Origin: Promethearchaeota archaeon
GTDB lineage: Archaea; Asgardarchaeota; Lokiarchaeia; Sigyniarchaeales; SOKP01
Assembly (NCBI GenBank): GCA_016839585.1
Contig: JAEOTZ010000048.1
Coordinates: 1 to 11,084, forward strand
DNA: 11,084 bases
Direction of reading: 5' to 3'
Under the pieces are notes generated by a model that was given only the letters and a program-made list of their open reading frames with translations, did not search any database and was not told where the DNA came from. The translations under genes were made by a program, and so were the position numbers. Shown piece after piece: positions 6,144 through 11,084 of the stretch. Position 1 is the first letter of the stretch. Each line of letters starts with the position of its first letter.

Positions 6144-7238
6144 TTATTTATTCTTAGTTTGTTCTAAAAACCACTCATTTGAATGTTGATAAAATATTTT
6201 ATAAGCTTCACAAAAATAGGTTTTTTCAGGGTGAGGATTATCTGGAAAGATTCTATCCTTAATGCAACCTCCATAGCATAATTCCTGCCAGTTACAACTA
6301 AGGCATTCTTTGCCTAGTTTTACTTTAAGTTTTTTGAATGAGTTATCTCTCTTATTTTTTAGATTGCTTAAGTTCTCTTCGAGTATGTTTCCGAGTTTAT
6401 ATGTTTGTTGTACGAAGAAATCACAGGGATAAACATCTCCATTCCATTCAATTAATAGGTATTCCGCACATTCTTTTTCAATGGTACAGCACCCTTTAGG
6501 ATAGCCGTAATAATATGCGAGTATACCATTAAACGTTCTTATTGATGCTTGATTAAGATTTTTTTTCCATTCGTCAAAGAGTTGACATAGAAATTTCCCA
6601 TATTGAGTTGGATTTATTGAAAATGACGCCTTTTTTCCATCAACGTCTACTTCAAGAGTGGGAATAAATTGTAAGTAAGTAAAATCATTATCGAGAAAAA
6701 AATTATAAATTTCTTTTACCCGATTTACATTAGATTTATTAATTACACAGAGAATATTGAATTCGACTTTATTTCGTTTAAGACATTCAGCAGCGTTCAT
6801 TACTTTTTGCCAGACAGATTTACCACCAATACTCTTTCTATACCGATCATGAATATCTTTTGGACCATCAAGACTCAGCCCTATTAAAAAGCGAAAATTA
6901 TGGAAAAAATTTCCCCATTCATCATTAATAAGAATTCCATTAGTTTGAAATGCATTTCCAATAATCTGACCTGTTTTCCCATATTTTTGTTGGAGTGATA
7001 CTACTTTTTTAAAAAACTCAAGTCCTGCTAATGTTGGTTCACCACCTTGCCATCCAAATATTGATTCGTTAAAATTAAATTGTAAAAATTCAGCTATCAT
7101 ATGTTCTAATACTTCTTTGCTCATTCGAGGATGATTAATTTTAGGGTATTCATCTGCTACCCTTAAATAGAAGCAATAATTACATCTTAAATTACAATCA
7201 AAAGATACAGGTTTTATGAGTAATTGAAATGGCTTCAC
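6144..7238 (-). CDS. Anaerobic sulfatase-maturating enzyme family radical SAM/SPASM protein (AslB/ChuR/anSME-like)
   Basis: LLIKPVSFDCNLRCNYCFY (CxxxCxxC), WQGGEPTLAGLEFF, QTNG, GLSLDGP, and the SPASM cysteine set (CTIEKEC...GDVYPCDFF...CLSC...CYGGC...FC). GTG start. Confidence 0.9.
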   Translation of the reverse strand: MKPFQLLIKPVSFDCNLRCNYCFYLRVADEYPKINHPRMSKEVLEHMIAEFLQFNFNESIFGWQGGEPTLAGLEFFKKVVSLQQKYGKTGQIIGNAFQTNGILINDEWGNFFHNFRFLIGLSLDGPKDIHDRYRKSIGGKSVWQKVMNAAECLKRNKVEFNILCVINKSNVNRVKEIYNFFLDNDFTYLQFIPTLEVDVDGKKASFSINPTQYGKFLCQLFDEWKKNLNQASIRTFNGILAYYYGYPKGCCTIEKECAEYLLIEWNGDVYPCDFFVQQTYKLGNILEENLSNLKNKRDNSFKKLKVKLGKECLSCNWQELCYGGCIKDRIFPDNPHPEKTYFCEAYKIFYQHSNEWFLEQTKNK

Positions 7239-7271
7239 TTTGATATAATAAAATTAGGGGATAAAAATAAT

Positions 7272-7949
7272 TTAACTATTATTACATAAAAAAAGTCTGA
7301 TTCCACATTCATGACAAAATATTGAATCGGATTCTAATTCCATCCCACATCTTTCACAAGAATTATGGTGATGCTCACAAACAATGCTATTTTTTTCATT
7401 AATAGACTTCATTTTAATTAATTTTTTAAATGGAAAGGAACATATAGTTCCAATACTAGTAGTTATCCCTAAAATTCCGTATAAAATCCACATTAAATCA
7501 ATAGAAAACGGATCGCACTTAATAGTGTAACTTATAGTTCCTGCAGTAGTAGATCTAATAAGATGCAATCCAGAAGAATGAACGTGATATTTTCCTAAGT
7601 CATTAAGCTTTCCTCTTGAAACATAAAAAGTTTCAAGAAATTCTTCCATAAGCTGATTATAATCTAGTCCCCACTCTGATGACATCTCTGAAGCTATTCG
7701 TTGATAATATTCGAGTGTACTTTTTTTAATAATTAACAAACTAACGTCACTTGTAGATCTAAAGCTCCATTCAATCACATTTAATACTTTCCTTTCTAAT
7801 TCGAAATCTGGTTCATTTTCTCCAGAGTCTTCATGAAAAGCAAAATTCATTACAGTCTCTTGATTAGATAATACTGCTATACATCCAATTATTATTGTTG
7901 TTAATATTGGGAATACAAAAGTCTTTTTCTTAATTTTTTCTCCTAACAC
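7272..7949 (-). CDS. Membrane protein: N-terminal signal/TM, extracytoplasmic domain, TM, C-terminal zinc ribbon
   Basis: KKKTFVFPILTTIIIGCIAVL N-terminus, second hydrophobic segment LMWILYGILGITTSIGTICSF, and C-terminal CERCG...FCHECGIRL. Confidence 0.75.
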   Translation of the reverse strand: MLGEKIKKKTFVFPILTTIIIGCIAVLSNQETVMNFAFHEDSGENEPDFELERKVLNVIEWSFRSTSDVSLLIIKKSTLEYYQRIASEMSSEWGLDYNQLMEEFLETFYVSRGKLNDLGKYHVHSSGLHLIRSTTAGTISYTIKCDPFSIDLMWILYGILGITTSIGTICSFPFKKLIKMKSINEKNSIVCEHHHNSCERCGMELESDSIFCHECGIRLFLCNNS

Positions 7950-7971
7950 CTATATTATTATTCTTGATATA

Positions 7972-8571
7972 TTATTTTAGCATACTCCCACAATCGTGGC
8001 AAAATCTTGAAAACAAATCTACTTCAGTTTCACAGGAATGACAAACTAAAAAATTTTGTTTTACTTGTTGAGGTATTTGAATTGAATTATTTTCCAAATT
8101 TCGGGTATTGTTTTTATTATGTACATAAATTAAAGCTTCTGATTTTCTTGAAATTCTCTTAATATTACAGTTAGAAATTAATATCTGATCCCCAGAGAAT
8201 GCAAATAATTTCTTTATTTTTGAATTAGTGAATTTAATCTTATGTACTTGTTCTAACCTCAATTGCTTTAGTATATCAACATTATGGACCGAAATCATCG
8301 AGCATTTTCCTAAACCCAAGCATTAAATTCTAGCTTTCGAGATTCTCACATTTTTACACTGACGTAAATAAACAGCTTTTAAGGAGAATCCACTAAATTT
8401 AATATACTTACTTGAATCAGAAATTCTAACTTCATAAGATTCTGTAGAAAACTGGTCTTTAGTACTTAACAAATAGGGATCATCAATTGTTCCAGCTCCA
8501 GTTATTTCTATTTTAAATTCAAAATAACGGCTTGAATTCCATAAAGATCCACTAGAGATTTCGATATTCAA
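7972..8571 (-). pseudogene. Beta-helix-like + zinc-ribbon gene interrupted by one in-frame TAA (8325-8323); joins ORFs 8323..8571 and 7972..8319
   Basis: Both ORFs share one frame: ...AAA GCT AGA ATT TAA TGC TTG GGT TTA GGA AAA TGC..., and the repeat register continues across the stop. The N-part has GAGTIDDPYLL like the 2685..3332 paralogue; the C-part ends CHSC...FCHDCGSMLK. Confidence 0.75.
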
Positions 8572-8704
8572 CTTTTGCCCTTATATCTACAAATATATTT
8601 AATATAATTTTTATATCCAAATATATCTCAATATATAAATATAAATAAAATATAAAAATATTTCGAGAATTGTAAAAACTTTAAAAAGATAAGATGGCAA
8701 AAAT

Positions 8705-9433
8705 TTAATTCTGATGACCTGTTCTTCGAGCAGCTATTTGCCCGACCTTTCTTCCTGGAGGAGCATTTCTGCTCGTTGTTGTAGGTTTGTGAGGAGATTG
8801 CTTAGCTCCTCCGCCATAAGGATGAGACACCGCGTTCATGGCGACTCCTCGTACAACAGGCCATTTTTTTGCTTTTGATTTTTTATAGTGAAATTTATTC
8901 CCTGCTTTGAGGAAAGGTTTGTCTATACGACCTCCACCAGCAACTACACCAACGGTGGCTAAGCAGGACTCATTAATCCATTTGGTTTTCTTTGAACGAA
9001 AAAGCACTTCAACTTTATTACCAGATTTATTTCTTACTATTGCTGCAACACCAGAAGCTCTAGCGAATTTTCCACCATCTTGAGGTGTTGATTCGATATT
9101 AAATACAAGAGTGCCTAAAGGCATTTTTTTAAGAGGTAAGATATTTCCTACACTTACAGTTTGACCATATCCTTTTTTAGATTGAATAAATTCTTCTCCT
9201 TCATATACTCCTTCCGGAGGAAGCCACAGTCTTTTTTCAGCATCATCAAACTGGATTCGTGCTACTGGAGCTCCTCTTCCTGGAGAATGAATAAATTCTA
9301 TTATTTTAAATTTCAATAATTTCTCCTTTTGTTTGAATGGACGATATTTAACTTCTCCTGCATGTCTATGACTTGGAGATCTGAAACCAAGAACACCACG
9401 TCCTTTTCTTTGTGCTAAGATTCGTTTTCCCAT
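8705..9433 (-). CDS. rpl2: 50S ribosomal protein L2 (uL2), archaeal type
   Basis: MGKRILAQRKGRG start, HSPGRGAPVA, DGGKFARASG, GGGRIDKPFLKAG, WPVVRGVAMNAVSHPYGGG, PPGRKVGQIAARRTG. Confidence 0.98.
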   Translation of the reverse strand: MGKRILAQRKGRGVLGFRSPSHRHAGEVKYRPFKQKEKLLKFKIIEFIHSPGRGAPVARIQFDDAEKRLWLPPEGVYEGEEFIQSKKGYGQTVSVGNILPLKKMPLGTLVFNIESTPQDGGKFARASGVAAIVRNKSGNKVEVLFRSKKTKWINESCLATVGVVAGGGRIDKPFLKAGNKFHYKKSKAKKWPVVRGVAMNAVSHPYGGGAKQSPHKPTTTSRNAPPGRKVGQIAARRTGHQN

Positions 9434-9536
9434 TTAGTTCACGCAATTTTCTAGATACTTTTTTTAATTAATCAAACTATAAATTTTTTATTATTTTCCT
9501 TGGTATTTATTCAATCTTCCTAATAATTTTAGTATT

Positions 9537-10895
9537 TTATAATTTCTTATTTTTTAATAATTCATCTATGTTATAATTGAAAGCAATAGGTAATTCTCGT
9601 TCTATGAATTCGCCCGCGATATTTGTGTACAACAATTCTTTGATTTCTTCAGGGTTGTTTGTTTGTCCTAATACCCATCCGAGTTTAACATATCCAACTT
9701 CTGGTAATAAGTTTCTACCAGGGATAACACCTATATTTTGCAATTCTCTTCCAGTTGAATAGACATTCATTCCTACAAATCCATGTAGTGTCTGCGTTGT
9801 CATAAGAATGGTTATGCCTTCTTGGATCGCCCTTTTTATTGAATCATAAATAATTGTACCTACGTGGCCAAGTCCTGTTCCTGCGAGTACAATCCCTTTA
9901 TATCCTTTATCTATATAGAAGTCTATTTGTTCGTTTTCTATTCCAGGATAAGAATAGACTAAGGCAACTTTTTTCTCAAAATTAATAAGAGCTTTTGTTT
10001 CAGATTGACTTCTTTTTTTATAATTATCTTTAAACATTTTAATTTTCCTATTTTTAACCATTCCTAAAGGGATTTCATCTATTGTTCGAAAGGTATTTCT
10101 ATAAGAAGAATGCATTTTTCTAACAAGGGTTCCTCTATGGATCAATCCATAATCATGTGAAGTAGATCCTAACATTGTAACAACAACTTCCGCAATATCA
10201 GAAATTGCCACAGTTGCCGCATTTATAAGATTTAGAGCCGCATCTGAAGAAGGTCTATCTGAGCTTCTTTGGCTACCAACCAAAACTACGGGGATAGATA
10301 AATCTTTTAACATGAAAGATAGTGCTGCTGAAGTAAAACTCATTGTATCGGTTCCATGTCCGATTATAATTCCATCTATACCAGAATTAGCGGCATCTTT
10401 AACCTTTCCTGCTAATTTTTGCCAATATTCTGCTTTCATATTTTCTGATAAGATCTCGAACACTAATTCACATTCAAGGTTACATATTTCTGCCAATTCT
10501 GGAACAGCACTAAATAATTCACCAGGTGTAAAAGAAGGGATAACAGCTCCAGTCGTGTAATCTAAGCGTGAAGCAACAGTCCCTCCAGTTCCTAACAATT
10601 TTAAATTTGGTAAATTTTTATTTTTTGGAAAACTTTTTTCTGGGATTTTATACTTTGCTTCTCTTTTTCCAATTTTTTTGATATCTTGTATATCAGAGAT
10701 ATTAATCCCAACGTTATAATTATTCTCTAGCTTGATTTCAATATAATTAAGAGAAGCATATTCACTGCGAGGTAGTAAAATTCCTTCTAAAATTGTTTTA
10801 TCAGTTTTTACTTGAATAATATCCCATATTTCAATTTTGAAATTTATTAATAATTCTCTTGCTTTTTCTTTATAACCTTTTAACTTATCATCCAT
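9537..10895 (-). CDS. gatD: Glutamyl-tRNA(Gln) amidotransferase subunit D
   Basis: N-terminal KLENNYNVGI barrel plus asparaginase-type motifs TGGTVASRLDYTTGAV, HGTDTM, GSQRSSDRPSSD and RKMHSSYR. Adjacent to gatE. Confidence 0.97.
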   Translation of the reverse strand: MDDKLKGYKEKARELLINFKIEIWDIIQVKTDKTILEGILLPRSEYASLNYIEIKLENNYNVGINISDIQDIKKIGKREAKYKIPEKSFPKNKNLPNLKLLGTGGTVASRLDYTTGAVIPSFTPGELFSAVPELAEICNLECELVFEILSENMKAEYWQKLAGKVKDAANSGIDGIIIGHGTDTMSFTSAALSFMLKDLSIPVVLVGSQRSSDRPSSDAALNLINAATVAISDIAEVVVTMLGSTSHDYGLIHRGTLVRKMHSSYRNTFRTIDEIPLGMVKNRKIKMFKDNYKKRSQSETKALINFEKKVALVYSYPGIENEQIDFYIDKGYKGIVLAGTGLGHVGTIIYDSIKRAIQEGITILMTTQTLHGFVGMNVYSTGRELQNIGVIPGRNLLPEVGYVKLGWVLGQTNNPEEIKELLYTNIAGEFIERELPIAFNYNIDELLKNKKL

Positions 10896-10898
10896 TTA

Positions 10899-11084
10899 TT
10901 ACATCTCCTCTAATTTTTTTGTTATAGAGTTTTTTAATTCCTTAGAAACTATCGCTCCATCTATTTTACCTCTAACTTTTTTCATGACTTCTCCCATTAG
11001 AGGTCCTATTGCTCTCATTTCTCTTTTTTTTAATAAATCTATATTTTTATTTACAATCTCTTCAATGACTTTCTTCAAGTCATC
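10899..11084 (-). CDS. gatE: 3' end of glutamyl-tRNA(Gln) amidotransferase subunit E (C-terminal YqeY-like tail); partial
   Basis: Manual translation DDLKKVIEEIVNKNIDLLKKREMRAIGPLMGEVMKKVRGKIDGAIVSKELKNSITKKLEEM*. The LMGxVMxxxRGKxDG pattern is typical of the GatE/GatB tail. It ends TAA TAA directly before the gatD ATG. Confidence 0.88.
   Translation of the reverse strand, partial: DDLKKVIEEIVNKNIDLLKKREMRAIGPLMGEVMKKVRGKIDGAIVSKELKNSITKKLEEM

Noticed and set aside
8323-8325. Selenocysteine/pyrrolysine or alternative genetic code at the internal stop
   Set aside because: The codon is TAA, which terminates most other genes in this window.
8572-8704. ATATAT-rich short repeats between rpl2 and the split gene
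   Set aside because: Low-complexity AT-rich intergenic DNA; the units are irregular and cannot be distinguished from background.
9577-10560. Plus-strand ORFs 9577..9762 and 10312..10560
   Set aside because: Antisense shadows of the conserved gatD.

Overview
AT-rich archaeal DNA, most likely Asgard/Lokiarchaeia-like. This is inferred from TFB, GatDE, archaeal uL2, SDS22-like LRRs and many small membrane/zinc-ribbon proteins. The right end is housekeeping: the 3' end of gatE, then gatD, then a stand-alone rpl2. The middle holds an anaerobic-sulfatase-maturase-type radical SAM/SPASM enzyme, zinc-ribbon membrane proteins and a beta-helix/zinc-ribbon gene split by one in-frame TAA. The left 6 kb is the most interesting part. 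Two tandem paralogues have the architecture [unnamed 'ETGKYAIW...TEGFKKWL' module]-[ribbon-helix-helix-like]-[HisKA/DHp with no ATPase domain]-[receiver]. A third gene reuses the same module and RHH unit in tandem, fused to leucine-rich repeats. Between them lies a TFB paralogue with a non-canonical B-reader and a structured upstream region. Together these form a candidate undescribed archaeal phosphorelay/transcription-regulation system. All domain calls come from motif recognition by eye; no database searches were run.
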